64,000 bases of DNA from assembly GCA_029856125.1 (NCBI GenBank), contig JAHQWJ010000080.1, forward strand, positions 64,001-128,000, read 5' to 3'. Position 1 is the first letter of the stretch. The number at the start of each line of letters is the position of its first letter. Shown piece by piece: positions 32,175 to 44,039 of this stretch. Origin of the DNA: Promethearchaeia archaeon (GTDB taxonomy: Archaea > Asgardarchaeota > Lokiarchaeia > Sigyniarchaeales > SOKP01). The position numbers were made by a program, and so were the translations under genes. The notes under the pieces were generated by a model, which was not told where the DNA came from, did no database searches, and saw only the letters and a program-made list of their open reading frames with translations.

Positions 32175-32561
32175 GTGGTCTATATTAAAGAAGACGCAAA
32201 AGTAATGGCAGATCTTTTAAAATCGGGCCATAAAATGTTAAGTTTATCTTGTCCTATCTGTAATAATCCAATTTTTCAGCAAAAAAGTGGAACTACTTTT
32301 TGTGCAATATGTAATAGGGAAGTATTATTAGTTGATAAAGACTCTAATAAGAACGATGTAGATATTAAACCAACTATAAACAATCCCCTCGAAATTACAA
32401 ATTTAAACAGTGAAATAAATTCTGTTCTTATTGAAAAGATTAATTGGATTGCTCATAAACTAGAAAATGAAACTCAATTACACATTATTAATGAATACTT
32501 AGAGCTTATACTTAATCTTTTGAATATTCTTGAAAAGCTTAAGAGTCTCAAGTTGTCATAG
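32175..32561 (+). CDS. UPF0148 / Sjogren autoantigen p27 Zn-finger protein
   Basis: MADLLKSG.KML...CP.C..P.F......FC..C. Confidence 0.88.
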   Translation: MVYIKEDAKVMADLLKSGHKMLSLSCPICNNPIFQQKSGTTFCAICNREVLLVDKDSNKNDVDIKPTINNPLEITNLNSEINSVLIEKINWIAHKLENETQLHIINEYLELILNLLNILEKLKSLKLS

Positions 32562-32590
32562 GAACATAAATATAAAATATCTCACCTTAG

Positions 32591-32690
32591 TGCTTCTGCC
32601 GGGATTTGAACCCGGGTCACGAGGGTGAGAGCCTCGCATGCCAAACCCTTTCTTTCATAAGAAAGTTTGGCCGGACTACACTACAGAAGC
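32591..32690 (-). tRNA. tRNA-Glu(CTC) with 25-nt D-loop intron (21/22; 32642-32666)
   Basis: Cloverleaf after removing the intron; BHB-like GGCC-AAA / GGTT-TGG. Confidence 0.9.
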
Positions 32691-32826
32691 AGACTTATTA
32701 TTAAAATTTAATATTTTATTAAACCTTAAATTAATTTTAAACTTAATTAAAAAACACACATTTATAGTGAATAATGCAATTCAGTCGTAATCTATAACAT
32801 TATAGCCCAACACAAGGCAAACGAAA

Positions 32827-33849
32827 TTAGCATTCCTTTGGTATGAAAATTGGTTTAAGTAAATTAACATAATGGTCTCTAATAGAATATTCAGCTATGT
32901 TCGTTGCTAATGAAATTAATTTTTGAGTTAAGACGGTTTTTTGATTGAATTCCTTAGATAGCAATTTATCTGCTAGATAAATAATAGCTCCCGTTAAAAT
33001 AAAAGGGTTTCGTCCACCGCGCTCCCATTTATTTAAACCTGCTAAAATCGATCTGCATTTGCTGGTCAGCTTACACTTATAATCTTCTTTGGACCAAACA
33101 CTACCTTTTTTTTCTAACCTTATCTCCAATTCTTTATAATTTATAATATTATCGATCAATCTATTTAAGTAATCCTCACTACTATGGGGTATCGCATCAT
33201 TATTTAAATGATTTTTATACCTTATTCCATCTCTTAAAATCAATCTTGGATTAACACGGTGCCCAAAACTTTGAAAAGCATTTGAAATTTCGTTAATAGT
33301 AATTGGAGCATTATGGTACTCTTTACGAACTGAATAGAATATGCAAAAAGCAATCAAGGAGATGTTATTGATAACGCTCTCTTCATTCTTAATTATTTTT
33401 TTATAGTAATATGCCGAATTATTTCTAATATTCTTATTCAAGTTTAAATAAATTGAAATTTTGTTTAAAATATTAAAAATCCTGTATTCAGTTTCATGGT
33501 TTTTAATCCTTAAAAATTGTGAATAGTTTTTTTTTAATCTTCTATACAGTTTTTGCTCATCGGGGGGTAATAATTTACCCGTTTTATCCTTTAAATATTT
33601 TGAATTCTCATAGTCTATAAAAGTCCCTAAACCCCCAATATAATCCGTTCTTTCTCCTAAAGCAACATATTGTTTATTCAAATTACTCTTCGTATCAACA
33701 TTGTTGAAAATATATGACGATTCTTTATAGAGATTATCTAATACTAACCCACAATCCTTACATGTTATTTCGAAAGAATTCGTCATAACTGGACCACCAC
33801 ATTCAGAACATTTTTCTTCTTCTATACTTTCTTTTGTATTAATTTCCAT
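32827..33849 (-). CDS. Divergent TFB/TFIIB-like paralog
   Basis: CSECGG...TCKDCGLV Zn ribbon, cyclin-like repeats, GRNP, IAEYSIRDHY. Confidence 0.8.
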   Translation of the reverse strand: MEINTKESIEEEKCSECGGPVMTNSFEITCKDCGLVLDNLYKESSYIFNNVDTKSNLNKQYVALGERTDYIGGLGTFIDYENSKYLKDKTGKLLPPDEQKLYRRLKKNYSQFLRIKNHETEYRIFNILNKISIYLNLNKNIRNNSAYYYKKIIKNEESVINNISLIAFCIFYSVRKEYHNAPITINEISNAFQSFGHRVNPRLILRDGIRYKNHLNNDAIPHSSEDYLNRLIDNIINYKELEIRLEKKGSVWSKEDYKCKLTSKCRSILAGLNKWERGGRNPFILTGAIIYLADKLLSKEFNQKTVLTQKLISLATNIAEYSIRDHYVNLLKPIFIPKEC

Positions 33850-34589
33850 TCTATCACCTAAAAGACAAGGAATATAAAGTACTAGAAAAATCAGGCTTTT
33901 ATCTCAATTTTGTAGATTGTATGTCACTTAAAGTAGAATAATTTGTCATTGGAATTCATAAAATCATTTTAGAGCCAGACTGAGAGATAATTGGAACTAA
34001 AAAAGAAGAGCTATTTTTATCCAATAATTCTAAATAAAATTTTATGAGATATTGATATCCTAAATTGAAATATCAATAAAGGAGAAATTAAAACGAATAA
34101 AACTCAAGGAAAACATCAAAGGAAAATAGCTATTTCTTCATCCCATCTTGATTTACTGGAAAAATTTTTTAAAAAATCAATCTAATTATTAAAGGAAAGA
34201 GAGATATAATGTATTCTGATATTATTAACCTTATTTCAAGAGAAAATTATAGCGGAAAATTATACAATGAAATCAAGTTATGGTGTAACTTCAATAGTAG
34301 GCAATGGAAATATTTTGCGTCTATCCAGGACCTTCTGGGCGGAGTAATTAAAAATAGTGTCCAAAATTCTTTTATTATTGCATTTCGATCAAATTTACTT
34401 TTTAAGATAAAAAATGTAGTAAAATCAAGCTCCTATATGCTTGAGAAATGAAAACTGAAATAAAGTTATAAATGCTTAATTATATTAATATTTAATAATA
34501 TTATTTTATAAAGACCAGAGAGATATATATAGTAATAAAAATGTATTTAACGGTCAATAAAATAGTTTTAGATTAATGAGGTTCTTTCT

Positions 34590-35270
34590 ATGGTTCGTTG
34601 GACTGCAGATCATAATATTTACATAAAAATTCTTTACTGGGGTATGGGAGGCTCTGGAAAAACAACGATAGTAGACACACTATACCGACTTACAAAGGAA
34701 CAGAAAAAAGATATTACACCAACTGGAAATCTAACTAAAATATCGATGGCAAGCGGTTCTACTTTATATTTCGATCGAGGAATTTTTCAATCAACTAAAC
34801 AGAACAAAGTATATTACCATGTTTATACTGTTGCTGGGCAAAGTAGATTCTCTCCATTAAGAAAAAAAATTTTCAAGGGTACTGATGGTGTGATTTTCGT
34901 AGTTGATTCTCAAACTCACTTCTTTGAAGATAATATTGAATCTTTAAAGGAATTAAAAAATATTACTAGGGGTAAGTTAATTAAAGAAATTCCGCTTATT
35001 ACTATGCTAAATAAGCAAGATCTTAATGAAACTATCGGAGAAGAAGATTTTAAGCAAGTCCTCAAAGAAGAAAAGCTCTGGTATGAACCAGATCACGAGT
35101 TATATATATGGAATCCTATAATTTATAAATCTTGTGCATTATACGAAAAGAAATTGGACATATATAGAAGTTTCACTGAATGCGCGAGAAGAACTGGATT
35201 ATATCAGATATATGGTGATGGAAAAGCACCAGTTGGTGATAATTTCAGTAGAGACATCCCTAAGTTTTAA
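34590..35270 (+). CDS. MglA-like small GTPase
   Basis: KILYWGMGGSGKTT, TLYFD, TVAGQ, GTDGVIFVVDS, NKQD. Confidence 0.88.
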   Translation: MVRWTADHNIYIKILYWGMGGSGKTTIVDTLYRLTKEQKKDITPTGNLTKISMASGSTLYFDRGIFQSTKQNKVYYHVYTVAGQSRFSPLRKKIFKGTDGVIFVVDSQTHFFEDNIESLKELKNITRGKLIKEIPLITMLNKQDLNETIGEEDFKQVLKEEKLWYEPDHELYIWNPIIYKSCALYEKKLDIYRSFTECARRTGLYQIYGDGKAPVGDNFSRDIPKF

Positions 35271-35652
35271 GCTTTCTTATAGATTTTTAACCATTTCAAT
35301 ACGGAAATAATTATTACAATATTTTAATGAATTTGAATCTCTTTAAGATAGACAATACTTAGTAGCTACTAATGGTTTAGGCTTATTGAATAAATTAATA
35401 ATAACCTTTGAAGAACCTTAAGTGAATAAATAAAATAAAATTCATTATTTATTAGGAGTTCCCTACGGTTATAAAAATTCTATGAAAATAACTAATATAC
35501 ATGACCTATAAAAAATAGGAATGAAATATTATAGTTACATTGAGGATTATAAAAACCAATAAATTCTAAATATCGATTTAGTTTAATAATTTATATAAAT
35601 TCTTGATCATTTTATATAATACTAAAGAATATCATCTTATGTGTAAATAGAA

Positions 35653-35829
35653 ATGGGAGTATATAATAGCATCAAGGAACAACTACCAAAACAATTTTCA
35701 ATATTTCAGTTAATTGGTATACTAGGAGTAGACGCGCAGGAAGTTAGAAAAGTTCGAAATTTGTTAAAACAATTTCATAAACAAGGATTTATTAAAAGAC
35801 TTTCTAAAAACATGTATGAAAAAATTTAG
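35653..35829 (+). CDS. Small (58 aa) winged-helix-like protein, absent from ORF track
   Basis: MGVYNSIKEQLPKQFSIFQLIGILGVDAQEVRKVRNLLKQFHKQGFIKRLSKNMYEKI. Confidence 0.65.
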   Translation: MGVYNSIKEQLPKQFSIFQLIGILGVDAQEVRKVRNLLKQFHKQGFIKRLSKNMYEKI

Positions 35830-35838
35830 AATTTTTTT

Positions 35839-36432
35839 TTAATTTGTTATACTCATTTTTAATGTTAATTCTGGAAATATGAATGTTATAACACGATTAA
35901 ATGCATCTAGTATCCCTTTTCCTTCAGTGGCAACCGTTTTATTAGCAGAAATATATTTAAATTGATTTATATTTATTTTCATTACAAATTCATGATATTT
36001 AATTTCTTGTTTTGATTCAAAATCAGATTTATTTAATGAAATCACCATTGGTAAATTATATAATTCATTTTTGAACATTGTTTTAAGCTCATTCCACGAT
36101 CTCAAATTGTGATGTAAGCAATTGGCTCTTGAATCAGCAACAAAAATCACTGCATCTACTCCATTCAGAGTTGCTGGTCTGGTGCTTGCATAAAAATCTT
36201 GTCCAGTAGCAGAATATATTAAAAATTTTAAGCTCCATTCAGAACCTTTAAACTGCAAGACACCAAAATCAAATAACAAAGTTCTACCAACAGTGCTATC
36301 AATTGAGTTTAATGTATCTTCCTTATTAAAATAAGAGAATAAGTGTTTTATTGAGGTTGTTTTTCCTGACATAGCGGGTCCATAGTAAACGATCTTAACT
36401 TGTAATATTTTATTCTCATAATCATATATCAC
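35839..36432 (-). CDS. MglA-like small GTPase
   Basis: KIVYYGPAMSGKTT, RTLLFDF, ATGQ, GVDAVIFVADS, NKSD. Confidence 0.9.
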   Translation of the reverse strand: MIYDYENKILQVKIVYYGPAMSGKTTSIKHLFSYFNKEDTLNSIDSTVGRTLLFDFGVLQFKGSEWSLKFLIYSATGQDFYASTRPATLNGVDAVIFVADSRANCLHHNLRSWNELKTMFKNELYNLPMVISLNKSDFESKQEIKYHEFVMKININQFKYISANKTVATEGKGILDAFNRVITFIFPELTLKMSITN

Positions 36433-36438
36433 TGCTAT

Positions 36439-37335
36439 TCACCCCCATAACGATTGCATACTATCTAGAGCATTAACTTTTTTCCCATTCTCAATTAATG
36501 ACGAAAAATCTTCCCCCCATTCTTTACATATAAATGACGTTATTCTCTCGATATGCGCGTAATCATAATCTATAGTTTCCATAAGCGTTTTACTCCCAAT
36601 TTTTGTATTAATTTCAATATTATTTAATAAATTTAACCTAGAAAAAATAAAAAAAGCTCTCTTAGACCCAGAATAAAAATTTTGTATCTCCTTTTTAAAA
36701 ATATTACGTTTCAATTCTTCCTTTTCAACATTAAAATCCAGTAGCATCTTAAGTAATTCTTTATCAACATCTTCAGATTTAACTTTCTCAAATAGAACCC
36801 GCTTCATTTTTGTTATAGATTTTTCAGTATCTTGAGATATTTTTTGTAAGACTTCTTTTTCAAAATTAAGATCGAGTAACTTCCAATTAAACCCAATAAA
36901 ATCTATTGAAACAGAATTTGAAAAGAAACTAATACTTAAGAAAAGATTAATTTTCTTTTTAACGCTATTAATAAATTTTTGAATTTTTTCCTTTTGTGCT
37001 GGTATTTCAATTCCAATTAACCAAGAATTAAAGTTTTCAAATTGGTTTAAAGCCTTAAGTGCAACAGTTGTCGGACATCTTATATGTGTTCGCTGTGAGT
37101 TATAATCCATATTTTCATTCATAATTAAATTTGTATATTCAATATCTGAAATAAAATCAGTGTAGAATACTAACTCTTTACGAAAATGAATTAAGTCCGA
37201 TAGATCTATTATAAAATTATTAACTTCTTCCGCCTCATCACCATATACAATTATTGGTATTCTATTTAACAGGCTATATAGAATTAATGATGTATCTGGT
37301 GCTTTCAGTCTTTCTAGGAATTTAAAAAAACTCAT
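36439..37335 (-). CDS. Hypothetical protein, possibly DENN/folliculin-C-like
   Basis: LYSLLNRIPIIVYG...LSDLI...WLIGI resembles the cDENN core; sits in roadblock-GTPase operon. Confidence 0.45.
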   Translation of the reverse strand: MSFFKFLERLKAPDTSLILYSLLNRIPIIVYGDEAEEVNNFIIDLSDLIHFRKELVFYTDFISDIEYTNLIMNENMDYNSQRTHIRCPTTVALKALNQFENFNSWLIGIEIPAQKEKIQKFINSVKKKINLFLSISFFSNSVSIDFIGFNWKLLDLNFEKEVLQKISQDTEKSITKMKRVLFEKVKSEDVDKELLKMLLDFNVEKEELKRNIFKKEIQNFYSGSKRAFFIFSRLNLLNNIEINTKIGSKTLMETIDYDYAHIERITSFICKEWGEDFSSLIENGKKVNALDSMQSLWG

Positions 37336-37347
37336 TTTTTCACCTAA

Positions 37348-38352
37348 CTATTTAATAACGAATTCCCCAAGCATACTTTTAATATCAAATACATTCTGAT
37401 TCTGAATTTCAGACGCTTGTTTGATGAGATTACGTATTTTTCTCGAAAATTGAGGAAGAATTAGCCTTATTAAGCCCAGTTTTTGTCTGGATTTCCCTAT
37501 CTCAGTACTAAATATGGCTTTTCCCAAACCGTGAATAAATTGAAACTTGTTTTCACAATCTAATAAAATGCTATCTGCGTTCATCTTTTTTAGTAACCAA
37601 GCACATCGATTTGCAGTTTGGAAAAGCGAATAGCTCATCGCGGAAATATTATCTAAATTTTCTCCCTTATTCTCGGTTTCTTTTAAAATTTTAGATGCTA
37701 TAAACCCCCCCTCTATAGTAACATAAGCAAATTTTAAATCAGGAATTGCAATAGAGAAGTTATTTAAAACTTTTCTTAGTTCCATTGAGATACTTTCTGA
37801 AAGATTTAATGAAAATGAGGATACTCTAAAGTTTACATTCTCATTCTCTTTCACATTAAAACCCTCAATTATACTTTGAATCCGATGATCATCAAACTGA
37901 ACTAAAGGAGGCTTAAACGATTCACCAGAAGTAATTAATGTAGTTTTTATCTTCTTTAAGCACTCGTTGGTTTGTAAAAAAATACCGCCTAAATTGGTGT
38001 TAGGCTGTGCAGTTATAGCAATAAAAAATTCGTGCTTATTGTCGATTATCCCTTGTTGTTGTAGAATTCTATTTAAAGAATAATGTATTGGGCTATTGAG
38101 AGGAGCGATTAAAATTTTTGCTTTTTTTCCTTCTATTAAGATGTACTTCAAATCATTTGGATGTAAATGTATTCCTACATTAAAAATAGCGCTTGTTGCA
38201 GAACTAACATTGAAAATCTCATCCTTAGAAAACCAAACTCCTGCGGATTGAATTGGATTTCCGTCTCTTTGAGTTAAAACTGCATTTTCTACTCCTTTCA
38301 ATTGTTTAATTTGATCGAGATGAATACCAATTTTTTCCTTTAAATCCATCAT
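37348..38352 (-). CDS. Tandem roadblock/LC7 (MglB-like) protein
   Basis: GVENAVL.QRDG.PI...ILIEG...NLGGI; second repeat VTIEGGFIAS...ISAMS...KLGLIRL. Confidence 0.85.
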   Translation of the reverse strand: MMDLKEKIGIHLDQIKQLKGVENAVLTQRDGNPIQSAGVWFSKDEIFNVSSATSAIFNVGIHLHPNDLKYILIEGKKAKILIAPLNSPIHYSLNRILQQQGIIDNKHEFFIAITAQPNTNLGGIFLQTNECLKKIKTTLITSGESFKPPLVQFDDHRIQSIIEGFNVKENENVNFRVSSFSLNLSESISMELRKVLNNFSIAIPDLKFAYVTIEGGFIASKILKETENKGENLDNISAMSYSLFQTANRCAWLLKKMNADSILLDCENKFQFIHGLGKAIFSTEIGKSRQKLGLIRLILPQFSRKIRNLIKQASEIQNQNVFDIKSMLGEFVIK

Positions 38353-38497
38353 TTTTCGGTCAGCTCCTTTATTATTGTGTTATTTTTTAGTCTCAACATA
38401 GATTTTTAAACTACGATTTTTTGTAGAGGAGTCCTTTGAAAAATTAGCAAAATGAAAAAATTTAAAATGAATCTTACTTATATAATAGTATAACAAA

Positions 38498-38570
38498 TCG
38501 CATCTCTACCGGTGTGAGCTTGGATTACGGTACGATACCGTTAGATGAAGAGTCATTTCATTGATGCGAT
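38498..38570 (+). other. Structured rRNA leader (5' ETS)
   Basis: ATCGCATC...GATGCGAT closing stem with inner ACGGTA/TACCGT hairpin, downstream of TATA-like TATATAA. Confidence 0.5.
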
Positions 38571-38704
38571 ATAAAAAATGTAGTTATAATTTAATCAGTT
38601 ATAACTGAAGGAAGTTTAATTAAGAATCCTAATGTAAGTGAGAATTTGAGAAAAAAAAAAAATTCCAAATTTAAGTAATAACTATGTTATTGCGACAAAT
38701 AATT

Positions 38705-40198
<1,494 letters not shown>

Positions 40199-40266
40199 TT
40201 TTTAAATATTTTAATACTTTCTAATTTTACAAGGGTTCTTAGTTAACTTTTAATCTTTTTCTATTA

Positions 40267-40368
40267 GGGCCTGTAGATCAGTAGCAGATCGCTTGACGCA
40301 CAATAAACTATTCGTTTAGTGCAAGAGTTGCACTCAAGAGGTCACGGGTTCAATTCCCGTCAGGTCCA
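40267..40368 (+). tRNA. tRNA-Ala(TGC) with 30-nt intron at 32/33 (40298-40327)
   Basis: BHB CTTG-ACG-CAC / GTG-CAAG-AGT; splicing restores CTTGA-CTTGCAC-TCAAG. Confidence 0.9.
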
Positions 40369-40696
40369 CTTAATATGCGCTAAAATCAAAAAGTAAAAAA
40401 CTATCTATCAAAATAAAACCGTGCAACTAGCAGTTAATAAATAAAAAATTCTAACTTCTTAATAAATTCAAATAGAATAGAAAAAAATCAGAAATTTTTT
40501 TAAAATACATTATATTTTATAAATTAATTATATGACGTTAAAAAGTTATTTTTTACTGATTTTATTATTTATCTTTCAAATAGATTTGAGCCCAGAGCAA
40601 CAAAGTTTTAATTTTATTTTAGTACTTTTAGGGATATTGTTGCTGATAATAATCTTAGTCTATATTTTGTTGACTTCCAAGCAAGAATAATCCGTC

Positions 40697-41908
40697 TTAT
40701 TTAGCAGTAACAATTTTAATTATATCATTATGTTTTAATTCATAGTTTTCTCCTAACCTTCTCTTTGTTCTAGCATCGATCCCAAAAATAAAGTGATCTG
40801 CTAAATCAGTATGGATTTTTTCTCTAACAAAATCTCTTAACAATGTACCTTTCTTTACCAAAAATGCGTCTGGTAAAATATTCCCTTTATTATCTGAAAA
40901 TTTATTAATATCAGATATTGGGTAAACACAAATTTGGTTTAATATTGAAAATACCGTAAAATTTAGTACTGCTTGAACACCTGTTTCATTAAAACGATTA
41001 ATGATCTTCTCTTGAATGCTTTTTAATCCTTCCAATTCATTATGATTGAATCCTTCATTATTTAAAATTCTAAAACTATCCGAACCAGGTATGTATTCGA
41101 TTTTCTTTTCTTGGTGATAAGTTTTTAGATAAAATTCTGCCAAAGCGCTACAAGGTATTATTTTCTCAGTATATTTTTTCTTCAATTTAGTGAAGTTTTC
41201 CATCCCATTTTCTCTATCAATTTTATTTGCTACGACGATGATAGGTTTTGATTTCTCTCTTAAAATTTTAGAAAAATTTAAAAGATCTTTATCTAACCAT
41301 AATGATGGATTTATATCTTCTAAATCAGGGGTTTTTAGAGCCTGATTGATTTGTTTTCTATTAATCTTTATACCAGAAAGTCTTTTATAAAGTTCCTCGA
41401 TAAAATTTTTTTTTTCCCGTGCGTGTGATTTCAGGAATTTATCCCAATCCTCTCTTTCTAATATCTGTTTAAACCACAGATTAATCTCTTTTTCAAGAAA
41501 TAAAATGTCATCGTAAGGATCATTTTCACCCATTTTTATTCTTTTACCCGTCTCATCTAAAGATCCACTAATGTCGATTATATGAATAAGAGCATCTGCT
41601 CTAATTAAATCGTTAAGGAATTGATTTCCTAACCCTTTTCCTTTATGGGCATCTGGAACCAATCCCGCTACATCGAGTACATTAACAGGAATAAAACGAT
41701 TTCCATTAACACAGTAAGAATTTTTTGGATTATCGTCAACATTCAAATCTTGGCAAACACACTTCGTTTTTATATACGCTACCCCTTTATTTGGTTCTAT
41801 CGTAGTAAAAGGTAACTCACTCACTTTAGCATTAGTTAAACAAGCAGCATTTAAAAAAGTCGACTTGCCTGCACTTGGTTTTCCAACTATACCTATTAAA
41901 AAAGTCAT
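40697..41908 (-). CDS. ychF: YchF/Ola1 ribosome-binding ATPase
   Basis: [42 protein letters not shown] tail. Confidence 0.93.
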   Translation of the reverse strand: MTFLIGIVGKPSAGKSTFLNAACLTNAKVSELPFTTIEPNKGVAYIKTKCVCQDLNVDDNPKNSYCVNGNRFIPVNVLDVAGLVPDAHKGKGLGNQFLNDLIRADALIHIIDISGSLDETGKRIKMGENDPYDDILFLEKEINLWFKQILEREDWDKFLKSHAREKKNFIEELYKRLSGIKINRKQINQALKTPDLEDINPSLWLDKDLLNFSKILREKSKPIIVVANKIDRENGMENFTKLKKKYTEKIIPCSALAEFYLKTYHQEKKIEYIPGSDSFRILNNEGFNHNELEGLKSIQEKIINRFNETGVQAVLNFTVFSILNQICVYPISDINKFSDNKGNILPDAFLVKKGTLLRDFVREKIHTDLADHFIFGIDARTKRRLGENYELKHNDIIKIVTAK

Positions 41909-41940
41909 TAATGAGTAAAAGAATTTTATTGTCTTAAAAA

Positions 41941-43707
41941 TTATTTGTGTTTTTCCTGATCGGTGTACAACTTCTTGATGTATATATCAAATTCGCAATT
42001 TTCATCTCCATTAATGACATCCACTAAATCGCTATTAAGTGAAGGATCTAAATCATCAATTTCTTTAGGACATATATCATTTTCATTTTTAAGCTTATTT
42101 CTAAAGGACTTTATATGCAAAATAGCTTTAAATATCAAAACTTTAATCTTACCATAATTATGAATTACTGGATTATTAGATTTATGAGCGTCTAACAACA
42201 TTAAATCGGAATTCTTTTGTTGTTTATCTAAAATCTCCTCGTTTTTTCTATATATCTCTGAAACTGTTAGAGGGTTCCGTTTTATGTAAGGAATTCCAAG
42301 TAGAAACGGTTCCTTTATTGAATTCACCCGGATAATACATTGCCCTTCATCTAATATAGATAAGTAACTTTTCTTTTCAAATTCTAAATTTAAAAGTTCA
42401 CACATGATGTCTTTTTCTATATGATTTTTGAAAGTTACCACTACTCCATTATTCGCTAATATCTCCTTACTAATATTTGGGCGAGTTGCTATAGTTATTA
42501 AACATTCTCCTGTACCTCTCTGCAATAGAGCAATGTCTTCTAAATAACTCGTCAATTTTGACTTTTTGGTTAAACCTTGAGGGGCAAAATACTGAGCATC
42601 TTCAATTATAGTGATATGATTTATTCCATCATAATTAATTGCACCCCTCGTTAAATTCCTATCCCATAAATACTTTAAAACCATGTTTAAGAAGAATAGC
42701 GCATCTTCCTTTTCGCCTCCAAGCCGGATAATAGAACTCAAGTCTAATATAACTTTCTTATTAAAGAGTTGTGATACTGTGAGTTTAGAATTCGAATCGA
42801 ATACAGCTCTCATTGGTCCAACAGCGAATCTCCTAATTCTATTATTTAAACTAATGAGAGTTTGTTTTAGCATAGGAATTTTATCTCTTTCGTTTTTTAA
42901 ATAAGCACTACTACATTCTTGAAATCCTTCCCAACTCCTGAAGTCTTTGTTTTCACACACTTGTGTAAGGATATCAATTAAAACTCTTTCCATTTGAGGT
43001 GAATATTCAGCTTTATCGTCTAAAAATTGACCACTTCTAATTATATCAAAAATTCTTTCAGCATGGATCTTTGGATTAGCTCCCAAGGGATCGAATAAAT
43101 TTATCGAAAAATTTTCACCTGGCCAAAGAATTATTAAGTCCTTTATGTTTTCTTGCAAAAAGTGATACTCTCCCTTAAATTCTACTAAAAAAAAAGGTTT
43201 TTTAAATTGTTTCATAATATTAATGAGAAAATTTTGCACAAAATTGCTTTTTCCCGTACCTGTTGAACCACAAATAAACATATGTTTTTCAAGGTCATTG
43301 AATGATAATAAAAAATTGCATTTCTTAGAGGTTCCTTTTACTATTCTTCCAATTTTAATAGATCCATCCTTTGAAACTTTACTTGAAGGAATCTCTAATT
43401 CTATTAATGATTTGTCAATCTTGAAGCAATTTAGTAAATATAGGATGGCGGAACAACAGAAGATAATAACAGTAATATTAAAACTAAATACTTCAGTAAT
43501 ATAATATGTAAAGTTTTCTAACACGTAATCAGAATCTTGTAAAAGAAACAAAGGAAACTCGGACAATAAAAAAAAGATTGTGACGAAAAATCCCACTAAT
43601 ATAAAGGATTTAATCTTGAAGGAATTATAACCTCTTTTCTTATAGAAATAATACGCTAAGTTTGTTATGAGGCATATTGATGTTAAAATAAAAAAACTAC
43701 TAACCAT
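41941..43707 (-). CDS. Membrane-anchored HerA/DUF87 (VirD4/CedB-like) ATPase
   Basis: Three N-terminal TM, KHMFICGSTGTGKS, FKGEY, IIEDAQ, RP. Confidence 0.8.
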   Translation of the reverse strand: MVSSFFILTSICLITNLAYYFYKKRGYNSFKIKSFILVGFFVTIFFLLSEFPLFLLQDSDYVLENFTYYITEVFSFNITVIIFCCSAILYLLNCFKIDKSLIELEIPSSKVSKDGSIKIGRIVKGTSKKCNFLLSFNDLEKHMFICGSTGTGKSNFVQNFLINIMKQFKKPFFLVEFKGEYHFLQENIKDLIILWPGENFSINLFDPLGANPKIHAERIFDIIRSGQFLDDKAEYSPQMERVLIDILTQVCENKDFRSWEGFQECSSAYLKNERDKIPMLKQTLISLNNRIRRFAVGPMRAVFDSNSKLTVSQLFNKKVILDLSSIIRLGGEKEDALFFLNMVLKYLWDRNLTRGAINYDGINHITIIEDAQYFAPQGLTKKSKLTSYLEDIALLQRGTGECLITIATRPNISKEILANNGVVVTFKNHIEKDIMCELLNLEFEKKSYLSILDEGQCIIRVNSIKEPFLLGIPYIKRNPLTVSEIYRKNEEILDKQQKNSDLMLLDAHKSNNPVIHNYGKIKVLIFKAILHIKSFRNKLKNENDICPKEIDDLDPSLNSDLVDVINGDENCEFDIYIKKLYTDQEKHK

Positions 43708-44039
43708 TTAAAATTTATTTGATAAAGAAGTTTTAAACTACACATACTTTTATTTTGATTAATAAAAATTCGTAAAAAATTCAACAAAATTATTAAATAA
43801 AATCAGATATCACTTGAATTGTTTTTTTATAGCAAAAATTTTGCCGGCTATTAATTCGGGTAAACAGTTTTTTATTTAACTGCTAAATTCTAATGTTTTT
43901 AAGCCTCATTAAAACTTTTCATCTTAGAAACTATGATAAAATTTATTTTTCGAAAAGTTTTTTAGTTTTATGACTTAGAGATCATTATATAATTAATAAA
44001 TAATAACAAAGTAAAATATCGAAATAAAGTGATTAAAAT

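Noticed and set aside
34209-34451. 80-aa ORF in the long intergenic region
   Set aside because: No motif or homolog recognisable; could be chance.
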